DNA of 64,000 nt from an uncultured virus (IMG/VR IMGVR_UViG_3300030390_001081) (Duplodnaviria; Heunggongvirae; Uroviricota; Caudoviricetes), in IMG/VR virus record IMGVR_UViG_3300030390_001081, positions 1-64,000 of that record. One strand, given 5' to 3'. The number at the start of each line of letters is the position of its first letter. Position 1 is the first letter of the stretch. The translations under genes were made by a program, and so were the position numbers. Below, one piece after another: positions 1-8,108 of this stretch. The notes under the pieces were generated by a model, which did not search any database, had not been told where the DNA came from, and worked only from the letters and a program-made list of their open reading frames with translations.

Positions 1-2
1 AA

Positions 3-770
3 GATTTAGCGGCAGGTAGAGGCAATAAGCTAGAGAATATATCTAAAATAATATATTACGGTGCTGTACAGAATCTTATATTCGCGTCCTTGCAGTCTGC
101 ACTATTTGCTTTTGCCTTTGATGATGAAATAGATGAAAAAGAGCAACAAAAACTTGAACAGAAGCAAGTTAGAATAATTAATACTATGCTTGACTCTGTT
201 CTGAGAGGTACTGGCGTTACTGGTGCCGCAGTGGCAACTATTAAAAATACTGTTATGGAGTTTTTCAAGCAGGAAGAGAAAGGCTTCACTGGTGATCACG
301 CTCAAACTCTTATACAAGTAGCTAATTTATCACCTCCAGTTGGTATTAAGTTTAGAAAGATATACTCAGGTATACAAAGCTACACCTATAACAAAGATGT
401 TATACCGTATATGCTTGCAGAAAATCCTGTTGATATTAAAAANNNNNNNNNNTACAACGCTGTGACAAACGTAATATCAGGGTTTACAAACGTTCCTGTT
501 GACAGAGTACTAAACAAGGTTAACAATATGGTGGAAGTTTTAGATAGTCAAAACGAAAGCTGGCAAAGAGTTGGTTTAACTTTAGGTTGGAATACTTGGG
601 ATTTAAATATAGAAAAAACTGAAGTTGAAGAAGCTAAAGAAGCTGTTGCAAAAATAAAGGCCGATGCAAAAAAGGCTAAGCAACAACAGTGTACCAAAAT
701 AAAGTCTGACAACGAACGATGCAAGATGATGGTTGACAAGCCAAAAAAGAGATGTCACTATCACGATTAA
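3..770 (+). CDS. C-terminal fragment of a large phage (virion/ejection-type) protein ending in a small Cys/His Zn-finger-like motif; 5' truncated
   Basis: Frame is open from base 3 (DLAAGRGNKLENISKIIYYGAVQNLIFASLQ...) and stays in frame across the N gap at 443-452; ends C-x8-RC-x9-CHYH. Confidence 0.6.
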   Translation, partial: DLAAGRGNKLENISKIIYYGAVQNLIFASLQSALFAFAFDDEIDEKEQQKLEQKQVRIINTMLDSVLRGTGVTGAAVATIKNTVMEFFKQEEKGFTGDHAQTLIQVANLSPPVGIKFRKIYSGIQSYTYNKDVIPYMLAENPVDIKXXXXYNAVTNVISGFTNVPVDRVLNKVNNMVEVLDSQNESWQRVGLTLGWNTWDLNIEKTEVEEAKEAVAKIKADAKKAKQQQCTKIKSDNERCKMMVDKPKKRCHYHD

Positions 771-788
771 CGTGTAATAATTATTACT

Positions 789-1814
789 ATGAAGTATATA
801 TTTTTACTACTATTGTTTTGCAACGTTGCAGAAGCTCAGATCAAAAAAGCATTTAAATTTTCTACGTTTTACGTAGCTACTAATGGTGGTACATCTTTGT
901 CTGACAGAGATGTATACTCTGTAGATAATAGTACTTTAGTGTACGACACTGTATTCACTCCTTTTGACTACTCATTAACAATGGGTATAAGAAAGATAAA
1001 GAGATTTCCATACGAAGCTAGAACTCAATTCAAAGACGGTTTAGAAACTTCGTTTTCAGATGCTGCTAGCGTTGGACTATCTCCGTTTGAGTATCTGTTT
1101 GAGCTAGACTATAGAAGACAAGAAGGTGTAGAGTACTTTGATCAAAACCATTTTTTAAGATATGTTAAGCCGCTATGGTTAGCTAAGGTGGAATACTTGA
1201 AAGAAGGATTTGCAGATATAGAATATTTTGAGTCTACTGCTAGACTAAGAATAAACTCTAAAAAGAAACTATCTTTTAATATTGGTGCTGTCAACAGGCT
1301 AGCAGAGCCATACGGTTACGATCCTTTAGAAGAGTGGACTATGTCTACTGGTAATGTTCACTACACGCAGTTGGCTATTCAGGAGGGATATAGCATTGAC
1401 GTGTTTCAATCAGAGTATAAAGATCCGAACGGCAACATTGTTGCGAATAACTCTGCTGTTTGGGAGGAGGTAGTAATACCTACTGTATTAAAAAACTACG
1501 TAGATAAAAAAAGAAATGAATTGCCACAACAACTACAAAACTCGCTAGTTATTGGCTTTGACTTTTATCATTATAAGAAAAACTTCTGGTTACATTCATG
1601 GGGTAATTTAATGCCATATCATTATGACAATGGCGATCAGTTCTCATATCACAACTTTAACGATGGAGAGCAGTGGAATGATTACTCTGGTGGTTTAATA
1701 TTTGGCTACAAGCTAAACAAAAACCTAGGATGTTTCATAGAGGGTAAATACAACAAGTACTGGAATAAAGAGTGGTACAATTTTAAAGCAGGAATAAATT
1801 ACATAATATTTTAA
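789..1814 (+). CDS. Putative outer-membrane beta-barrel protein with Sec signal peptide
   Basis: Signal peptide MKYIFLLLLFCNVAEA|Q; aromatic-rich alternating strands; C-terminal KAGINYIIF ending in Phe (BAM-type beta signal). Confidence 0.6.
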   Translation: MKYIFLLLLFCNVAEAQIKKAFKFSTFYVATNGGTSLSDRDVYSVDNSTLVYDTVFTPFDYSLTMGIRKIKRFPYEARTQFKDGLETSFSDAASVGLSPFEYLFELDYRRQEGVEYFDQNHFLRYVKPLWLAKVEYLKEGFADIEYFESTARLRINSKKKLSFNIGAVNRLAEPYGYDPLEEWTMSTGNVHYTQLAIQEGYSIDVFQSEYKDPNGNIVANNSAVWEEVVIPTVLKNYVDKKRNELPQQLQNSLVIGFDFYHYKKNFWLHSWGNLMPYHYDNGDQFSYHNFNDGEQWNDYSGGLIFGYKLNKNLGCFIEGKYNKYWNKEWYNFKAGINYIIF

Positions 1815-1815
1815 C

Positions 1816-2097
1816 ATGGCAAAAGAGTTAAATGAAAACACTAGTTTCAAGGTTAGTGTACAAACGTTAATAGCAATGGGGTTTGGTATGGCAACGGTTA
1901 TAAGCATGTGGTTTGTTCTGCAAGCCGATATAGCTGAGGCAAAAGAATTACCAGTTCCACCACCACAAGACGTTAGTCGTATGGAATTTGACATGAAAGA
2001 CAAGAATATTAGGTTATCTATTGAGAACACTGAAAAGGCTGTTGATGATTTAAAGGACAGGTTAATAAGAATAGAAGATAAACTAGACAGAAGATAA
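1816..2097 (+). CDS. Small single-pass membrane protein with C-terminal coiled coil
   Basis: Hydrophobic LIAMGFGMATVISMWFVL, Pro linker, heptad-like C-terminus. Confidence 0.6.
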   Translation: MAKELNENTSFKVSVQTLIAMGFGMATVISMWFVLQADIAEAKELPVPPPQDVSRMEFDMKDKNIRLSIENTEKAVDDLKDRLIRIEDKLDRR

Positions 2098-2417
2098 TGA
2101 AAACTATAGCTTTATTATTGTTACTATCTTCATCGGCTTGGGGACAAATAGTTGTAACCCACTTTAACGCTGACTGGAACAGTCCTAATAAAGTAAGCTA
2201 CATTGGAGATTTAACAGACTGTGACATAGTATACGTTGATATAGCTGTAGCTCCAATATTACAGGCTAAGCACGAGATAGTTGTAGTACCTACTGTTGTT
2301 ATATTTAAAGATGGAGAAGAAGTAAAAAGATTTCAAGCTGATATATCCTTTAGCATGAAAGCAACAAGAGAGGATATGCAGGAAATAATTGACGAACTAA
2401 TAATGAGCGACTTTTAA
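2097..2417 (+). CDS. Exported thioredoxin-fold protein lacking CxxC
   Basis: Signal peptide; VVTHFNADWN in place of F-x-A-x-WCxxC; IVVVPTVVIFKDGEEVKRF is a typical Trx C-terminal motif. Confidence 0.7.
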   Translation: MKTIALLLLLSSSAWGQIVVTHFNADWNSPNKVSYIGDLTDCDIVYVDIAVAPILQAKHEIVVVPTVVIFKDGEEVKRFQADISFSMKATREDMQEIIDELIMSDF

Positions 2418-4225
2418 TGAAATATTTATTCACACTATTACTAATAGTAAACATAGCGTTTGCACAGTGTCCTAACGGAACTTATGTAAACATAGTTATT
2501 AATCCGGACCAATACCCAATTGAAACATCTTGGGCTATAATTGATTACTTTGAGGATACTATTGTTGCAGGTGGTCCTTACGACAATATAGTAGGATACG
2601 AACCGCAGCTAATGCAAGTATGTATACCTAATGGTGATTACTTGTTTAATATATCCGATCAATATGGTGATGGTGTTGCTGGTAGTTTATGGGGTGGACA
2701 AGATGGATCTTATTATGTAGTACACTGTGGTGATACTATCGTGCAACCAGACTCTGCTAACTTTGGCTTTGCTGCTTTTCATGGTTTTACACTAGAAGAT
2801 TGTGCTCCGCCTCCACCTGTATTTGGTTGCATGAATGAAATTTATGTAGAGTTTTTACCAGAGGCTACTGTAGATACTGGTATGTGCTTTACAGAAAAAA
2901 TATTTGGTTGCACTGATGTAGAAGCTTTTAACTATGACAACATAGCTAATACAGATATACTAACAGACAGCTGTACCCACACGCTAGAGCTAACAGACTT
3001 AGCTGGTAATGGTTGGGCTGGTTCATATCTACAAGTTTATCAAGGTTATAATTTTATAGGTGAGTTTACTTTAGAAGATGGTTTTGATACCACGTTTACT
3101 TTTAGTTTAAGCATATCAGAACCCGTAAGAGTACAATTTAACATAACTCAACAATCAGACTTTACCGCTGTTCAATGTGGCTATAGCCTTTACTCTGAAG
3201 AGTATGTTGCTATAGATATAGAAGGTGGTTTTATAGATCCAATACCACCATTTGTGTTTATATATAGTGAGCTTGAATGTGGCAATAGTTGCATAGAAAA
3301 AACATACGGTTGTACTGATGATACGGCTTTAAATTATAACGAGAGTGTTAATACAGATGACGAGAGTTGCTACTACGTTGCTGGGTGTACTAATCCAATA
3401 TACCTGGAATATAACGCAGATGCTGACTTTGATAACGGAACCTGTGAGACTCTTGTGATTCTAGGTTGCATGGATGAAGCGGCCTTGAATTATAACCCTG
3501 AAGCAAACACAGAAATAGAAGGCTCTTGTGTTGATGTAGTTTTAGGATGTATGAGTGAGTTAGCATTTAATTTTAACTCTAACGCTAACGTAGATGACGG
3601 ATCATGTATAGCGTATACTTATGGTTGTACTGATCCGTTTGCATTAAACTATGATACAATTGCCAACACAGATGATGGTAGTTGCATAGAAGTAATTAAT
3701 GGCTGTACTGATACTACGGCAATAAACTATAATATAATTGCAAACACTAATAATGGTTCTTGTATTTATCCATTGTCTGGTTGTACTGACCAGACCGCTG
3801 AGAATTATAATATATCAGCTAACGTGTCAGACTCTAGTTGCTATTATTCTGCTGGTTGTTACTCTGGTAATATATATTATATTCCTAATGAGTGTTTTGA
3901 GTGGGTAATAGATGTTGATCAGTTTTGTTGTAATAATGAATGGGATAATAGTTGTGATTATTTATATAACTACTGTTTAGATGGTTGGTCTGGTCCTGTA
4001 GATGTACAAAATTTTGAAAGATTAAATATACAAGTATATCCAAATCCTGCAAAAGAAAGAATATATTTTACTAAATTTGTAAACGTACAAGTGTACAATT
4101 CAAGGGGAGCATTAGTTGGTGAGTATAATAATATTAATTCACTTAATTTAAATTCTGGTATTTATCATTTATTAATAAAATATGATAATATTAGATTGCA
4201 AAAAACTATTATTAAGTTAGACTAA
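2417..4225 (+). CDS. Secreted Cys-rich GCxD-repeat surface protein with T9SS (Por) type A C-terminal sorting-like domain
   Basis: Signal peptide MKYLFTLLLIVNIAFA|Q; nine GC(T/M)x...NYN..AN.DDGSC-type repeats; C-terminal VYPNPA...VYNSRG...SGIYHL...KTIIK. Confidence 0.75.
   Translation: MKYLFTLLLIVNIAFAQCPNGTYVNIVINPDQYPIETSWAIIDYFEDTIVAGGPYDNIVGYEPQLMQVCIPNGDYLFNISDQYGDGVAGSLWGGQDGSYYVVHCGDTIVQPDSANFGFAAFHGFTLEDCAPPPPVFGCMNEIYVEFLPEATVDTGMCFTEKIFGCTDVEAFNYDNIANTDILTDSCTHTLELTDLAGNGWAGSYLQVYQGYNFIGEFTLEDGFDTTFTFSLSISEPVRVQFNITQQSDFTAVQCGYSLYSEEYVAIDIEGGFIDPIPPFVFIYSELECGNSCIEKTYGCTDDTALNYNESVNTDDESCYYVAGCTNPIYLEYNADADFDNGTCETLVILGCMDEAALNYNPEANTEIEGSCVDVVLGCMSELAFNFNSNANVDDGSCIAYTYGCTDPFALNYDTIANTDDGSCIEVINGCTDTTAINYNIIANTNNGSCIYPLSGCTDQTAENYNISANVSDSSCYYSAGCYSGNIYYIPNECFEWVIDVDQFCCNNEWDNSCDYLYNYCLDGWSGPVDVQNFERLNIQVYPNPAKERIYFTKFVNVQVYNSRGALVGEYNNINSLNLNSGIYHLLIKYDNIRLQKTIIKLD
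3302..3841 (+). repeat. Seven tandem ~25-aa GCxD...SC coding repeats (two more near 2819-2975)
   Basis: Directly visible in the translation. Confidence 0.85.
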
Positions 4226-4512
4226 TGCCAAGAGCTGCAAAAAAAATGCCAAAACGCAATAAGAAGAACTTTAGATCTACAAAGTCTGGAGCTGGAATGA
4301 CGCGTGCTGGTGTTAAAGCTTACAGAAAAGCTAACCCAGGTAGTAAATTAAAGACTGCTGTTACAGGTAAAGTTAAAAAAGGTAGTAAAGCTGCTAAAAG
4401 AAGAAAATCTTATTGCTCTCGTAGTTTAGGACAAATGAAAATGCATAGCATTAGTTGTAGCAAAACTCCTAAAAAAAGAATTTGTGCAGCTAGGCGCAGA
4501 TGGAAGTGTTAA
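4225..4512 (+). CDS. Small highly basic protein
   Basis: Lys/Arg-rich; GMTRAGVKAYRKANPGSKLK and RRKSYCSR motifs resemble a common marine phage family. Confidence 0.7.
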   Translation: MPRAAKKMPKRNKKNFRSTKSGAGMTRAGVKAYRKANPGSKLKTAVTGKVKKGSKAAKRRKSYCSRSLGQMKMHSISCSKTPKKRICAARRRWKC

Positions 4513-4513
4513 T

Positions 4514-4783
4514 ATGGCTATAAGAAAAACAGCAAAAGGTGCGTCTCTTAAACGTTGGTTTAAAGAAGATTGGAAAGATGAAAAGGGTAACGTTTGTGGT
4601 TCTTCTAAAAATAAAAAAACAAAAAAGTGTAGACCTAGCAAACGTGTTTCATCAAAAACACCAAGAACCTGGGGATCATTGTCTAAATCGCAAAAGTCAA
4701 AAGCTGTTGCAGAAAAGAAAAAAGTTGGGATGGGTAAAAGAACAAGTGCAATAAGAAAAAAATCTAAAAAGAAAAAAAAGTAA
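4514..4783 (+). CDS. Small highly basic protein (LKRWFKEDWKD family)
   Basis: ATG at 4514 preferred over the upstream GTG; Lys-rich with CG...KCRP motif. Confidence 0.7.
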   Translation: MAIRKTAKGASLKRWFKEDWKDEKGNVCGSSKNKKTKKCRPSKRVSSKTPRTWGSLSKSQKSKAVAEKKKVGMGKRTSAIRKKSKKKKK

Positions 4784-4929
4784 TGGCATTAAAGAAAACT
4801 AAAAAGTTTAAAGTACATATGATGTATAGCAAAGCTGGTAAACAAGTAAAAGCTAATACGTTTAAAAAACATTTGGAGTTAAAGAAAAAAGGTTATAACC
4901 ACGATAAACGTAGACTTAAAAAGAAATGA
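4783..4929 (+). CDS. 48-aa basic protein (not in ORF track)
   Basis: MALKKTKKFKVHMMYSKAGKQVKANTFKKHLELKKKGYNHDKRRLKKK; TAATG coupling to the upstream gene. Confidence 0.65.
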   Translation: MALKKTKKFKVHMMYSKAGKQVKANTFKKHLELKKKGYNHDKRRLKKK

Positions 4930-5054
4930 AAAAAGTAAAAGGCAAACAAAGTAAAATCGCTGGAGCAGCTAAACCATTTAATAAAATTACTGGAGCTGAT
5001 TTTAAAGCATTAAAGAAAAAGAAAAATGCCAGCAAGAAAAAAAAGAAAAAGTAG
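4926..5054 (+). CDS. 42-aa basic protein (not in ORF track)
   Basis: MKKVKGKQSKIAGAAKPFNKITGADFKALKKKKNASKKKKKK; ATGA overlap. Confidence 0.6.
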   Translation: MKKVKGKQSKIAGAAKPFNKITGADFKALKKKKNASKKKKKK

Positions 5055-5187
5055 TACAAAGAAAAAAGGATCAACTAAAGATGCTTGTTACTATAAGGTT
5101 AAAAGCAGCTATAAGGTATTTCCTAGTGCATATGCATCAGGTGCTATAGCTAAATGCAGAAAGAAAAAAGCTCGTGGAAAAAAGTAA
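5026..5187 (+). CDS. 53-aa basic protein with DACY..VK...PSAYASG motif (not in ORF track)
   Basis: MPARKKRKSSTKKKGSTKDACYYKVKSSYKVFPSAYASGAIAKCRKKKARGKK. Confidence 0.65.
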   Translation: MPARKKRKSSTKKKGSTKDACYYKVKSSYKVFPSAYASGAIAKCRKKKARGKK

Positions 5188-5377
5188 GTATTATTACGAA
5201 TACAAAAGGAATTTGGATTGTCCAAATCCTGAAGAATGTTGCAGATGTTGTAAAGCATGCTGCTGTTATTGTCAAGAAAAATGCATAGAACAAAAACAAA
5301 AACAAAAACAAAAACTAAAGCCATTAGTCGCCCAACTAAAAAAATGTGTTGTTGCGATAAAAGAATGGCTAGGATGA
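5174..5377 (+). CDS. Small Cys-rich protein
   Basis: CPNPEECCRCCKACCCYCQEKC cluster; GTG start overlapping the upstream ORF. Confidence 0.45.
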   Translation: MEKSKYYYEYKRNLDCPNPEECCRCCKACCCYCQEKCIEQKQKQKQKLKPLVAQLKKCVVAIKEWLG

Positions 5378-5418
5378 GTACTCAACATAAATAATTAATA
5401 ATTTTAATAATAAATATC

Positions 5419-5523
5419 ATGGCATACGGAATGAAAAAAACATCAGGTAAAATGGCTAAAATGACTAAGAAAAAAGTTAAACCAGCTAAGAAGAAACTAA
5501 TGATGAAGAAAAAGAAAAAATAA
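5419..5523 (+). CDS. 34-aa Lys/Met-rich peptide (not in ORF track)
   Basis: MAYGMKKTSGKMAKMTKKKVKPAKKKLMMKKKKK; A-rich leader; stop abuts the holin ATG. Confidence 0.6.
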   Translation: MAYGMKKTSGKMAKMTKKKVKPAKKKLMMKKKKK

Positions 5524-5958
5524 ATGTTAAACAATCTATTAGGAGGTATTCTCGGTAAGGTTGTAGACAATGCTGAAGGCATATTAGATAAAGTTATAAC
5601 TACGGACAAAGAGCGTGACGCTGCTAAGTTTGAAATTAAAAAACTTTTATTAGATGCAGAGAAAGAAGCTTTTGCTCAAGAAGTAGAAGACAGAAAATCT
5701 GCACGTGCGATGTATAAAGATGACGCTATTATACAAAAAATATTAGCAACATTATTTACTGTAGCATATTTTGGTATTAGTTTTGTAATGTTTCAACACT
5801 TTGTTAATGGTAGTATTGACATGGGTGAGTTTGAAATAAGTTTCATATCTACAATATTTGGTGCTATGAGTGCTAAAGTTAATACTATTATTGACTTCTT
5901 TTTTGGAGGAAGTAGCAATAAAAATAACGAAAGCAATGGCAGTAATAACAACAATTGA
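5524..5958 (+). CDS. Putative holin (3TM holin-like)
   Basis: LDKVITTDKER, EVEDRKSAR, two TM helices, IIDFFFGGS ending. Confidence 0.7.
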   Translation: MLNNLLGGILGKVVDNAEGILDKVITTDKERDAAKFEIKKLLLDAEKEAFAQEVEDRKSARAMYKDDAIIQKILATLFTVAYFGISFVMFQHFVNGSIDMGEFEISFISTIFGAMSAKVNTIIDFFFGGSSNKNNESNGSNNNN

Positions 5959-6169
5959 CGGTATACCATTGTATACAACAATACAAGAGGCATTGCAATA
6001 CGCTGCAACTAATGGTTTAAGTGGTTATCATACTCATACATATCAAGGTCAAACTGGATATATGGGTGGAGCAACACATGATCAAGCTGTCGATGACTTA
6101 AATAGTTTACCACAAAATGTTACTACAATTACCTCTTCTATAGTTAATAATAGTGGTGGAGGATACTAG
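5936..6169 (+). CDS. Hypothetical protein with GYHTH...YM motif
   Basis: In-frame ATG at 5936; His motif is possibly metal-binding. Confidence 0.55.
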   Translation: MAVITTIDGIPLYTTIQEALQYAATNGLSGYHTHTYQGQTGYMGGATHDQAVDDLNSLPQNVTTITSSIVNNSGGGY

Positions 6170-6181
6170 AAATATTTTTAG

Positions 6182-6189
6182 TACTTTTG
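6182..6189 (+). promoter_or_regulatory. Bacteroidota sigma70 -7 element TAnnTTTG
   Basis: TACTTTTG in the intergenic gap upstream of 6214. Confidence 0.6.
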
Positions 6190-6213
6190 TAAATAGATTA
6201 AAATCATAAAAAA

Positions 6214-6603
6214 ATGGCACAAAATTATACGTTTACTGGAAGTCTTACAATGACTGCAAGTTCTACAACAGGCTATTCTGCAAGCATGAGTGGTTCTACA
6301 ACTTTAAATATTACAGGTGTAGATCAAATTGCTTCAGGAAGAATAGATTGCGCTACAGGTTCTGACGCTACAATTATGGCGGCTCCTGGAGTTGGTAGAA
6401 TATTGTATGTTAAAAACATGGACGATACTAGTACTTTAGAGATATATGAAGGAGCTTCTAGTGATAACGACTTGATAGGTGTATTAAAACCAAATGAGTT
6501 TTTATTTACTATTATAAGAGGTACTGGAACTACTACAGCTAGAGGAACTAGTAATGCAGTAACAGCAGAATATTTTGCGGTAGAAATTGACTCCGCAGCA
6601 TAA
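6214..6603 (+). CDS. Small beta-rich putative virion protein
   Basis: Thr/Ser/Gly-rich; LYVKNMD and LKPNEF motifs shared with the next gene. Confidence 0.55.
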   Translation: MAQNYTFTGSLTMTASSTTGYSASMSGSTTLNITGVDQIASGRIDCATGSDATIMAAPGVGRILYVKNMDDTSTLEIYEGASSDNDLIGVLKPNEFLFTIIRGTGTTTARGTSNAVTAEYFAVEIDSAA

Positions 6604-6620
6604 TTAATAAATTTTAAAAA

Positions 6621-7046
6621 ATGGCAACACAAACAACAAACGTAACTGTTTCGGCTAGTTTTACTTTAACTGATTCTACAGGTAATATTGTTTTTAGTTT
6701 TTCTCCAAGTTTTTCTTCAGCAACAGATACAACTGGCGCTGCTATTACAACTGGTGAGATATTAACAAATGGTACAAGCGACACTACAATTAATTTAGCA
6801 AGACATCACAAGGATGCTATATTTGCTTTTATTAAAAACGTAGATGGTGACTATCCTGTAGCTGTTAAACCAGACGGTGATATAATTGCAGATCTTAAAC
6901 CTACAGAGTTTATGTTTGCACCTGTACATATTGATGGAGCTGGTGATGCATCTACAAATTTAGATATAGACGCTACTACGGCTGCACAGAAAGTACAGTT
7001 TTTACTTTGCGATGGACCAAATACTGGAATTAATACTGACGACTAA
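6621..7046 (+). CDS. Small beta-rich putative virion protein, paralog of 6214-6603
   Basis: FIKNVD and LKPTEF motifs. Confidence 0.55.
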   Translation: MATQTTNVTVSASFTLTDSTGNIVFSFSPSFSSATDTTGAAITTGEILTNGTSDTTINLARHHKDAIFAFIKNVDGDYPVAVKPDGDIIADLKPTEFMFAPVHIDGAGDASTNLDIDATTAAQKVQFLLCDGPNTGINTDD

Positions 7047-7525
7047 TGCGTCTTCAGGTATTAAGATTTAGCTCACAAGCAGATTGTACACACGGTCTGC
7101 TTTTCGAGCTTACAGACATTGGTAAAAGATTTTTATGTTATACTTTAGAAGACGAACATAGAGCTTTTAAAGTTAAAGGAGAAACTAGAATACCTTGTGG
7201 TACATATAATATACAATTAAGAAAGGAGGGTGGATTTCATAGTAGATATAGTAAGAAATATCCTAGTATACATCGCGGTATGTTGCATGTTGTTGATGTG
7301 CCTAACTTTGAATATATTCTTATACATACTGGAAATACTGACGAACATACTGCTGGTTGTCTTATCGTTGGAGACAGTCAAGAAAACAATATTATTCTCC
7401 GCGATGGGTTTGTTGGTAAAAGTGTTAATGCGTATAAAAGGATTTATCCTGGTATTGTTAAAGCATTAGAAAAAGAAGAAGAGGTTACTATAGAATACAT
7501 AGATTTCGATGGCATTAAAAACTAA
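7046..7525 (+). CDS. DUF5675-like protein, candidate endolysin
   Basis: CYTLED, GETRIPCGTY and ILIHTGN...TAGCLIVG motifs; close to the holin. Confidence 0.7.
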   Translation: MRLQVLRFSSQADCTHGLLFELTDIGKRFLCYTLEDEHRAFKVKGETRIPCGTYNIQLRKEGGFHSRYSKKYPSIHRGMLHVVDVPNFEYILIHTGNTDEHTAGCLIVGDSQENNIILRDGFVGKSVNAYKRIYPGIVKALEKEEEVTIEYIDFDGIKN

Positions 7526-8108
7526 AAATGAAGGAGAATTAAAAAGATTAAGTTATGATAGAGATAGAGATAAAAAATCTACTTCTTCATTAACAGGTGA
7601 TACAACACAAAGATTTACAACACCTGAATCTTCTTATGCTGCCGTTCAACAAAAAAGTATTGAAGAGGAAGCTAAATATGCATTAACAGATGTAAGTGTA
7701 ATTAAAAATTTAGGTTTTGCAGAAACTACAGGCACTGTACTATATGAAAAAATATTTGATAGTATAATAGATTTAAGACTGCAAGATATTATATTTGTTA
7801 ATAGTCATAGTTCTGAAACTACATCTTTTAGTGTGTTGTTATCTGAGTTTGATATATCTGAAGATCCAATAACAAAATTTCCTAATCAAGAATTAGAATT
7901 ACACACTAGCACTGTATTTTTATTACATGATTATGATTTAAGAGCTAGTACATCTTTGGTTTCAGACCAGGCTACATCAAATCAAGCTTCATTAAGACAG
8001 GCTGCATTTTTAGGGGATACAAATATATCTTCTAAAAAGAAACAAATATTTATTTATGTATCTAAGGCAGAGGCAAACGGAACTATTGATGTTACTATAT
8101 TTAAATAA
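7509..8108 (+). CDS. Hypothetical protein
   Basis: 199-aa ORF, last gene of the plus-strand block. Confidence 0.6.
   Translation: MALKTKNEGELKRLSYDRDRDKKSTSSLTGDTTQRFTTPESSYAAVQQKSIEEEAKYALTDVSVIKNLGFAETTGTVLYEKIFDSIIDLRLQDIIFVNSHSSETTSFSVLLSEFDISEDPITKFPNQELELHTSTVFLLHDYDLRASTSLVSDQATSNQASLRQAAFLGDTNISSKKKQIFIYVSKAEANGTIDVTIFK

Noticed and set aside
3302..3841. CRISPR array or DGR template/variable repeats
   Set aside because: Repeats are degenerate at DNA level and conserved only as protein; no cas or reverse transcriptase gene is seen
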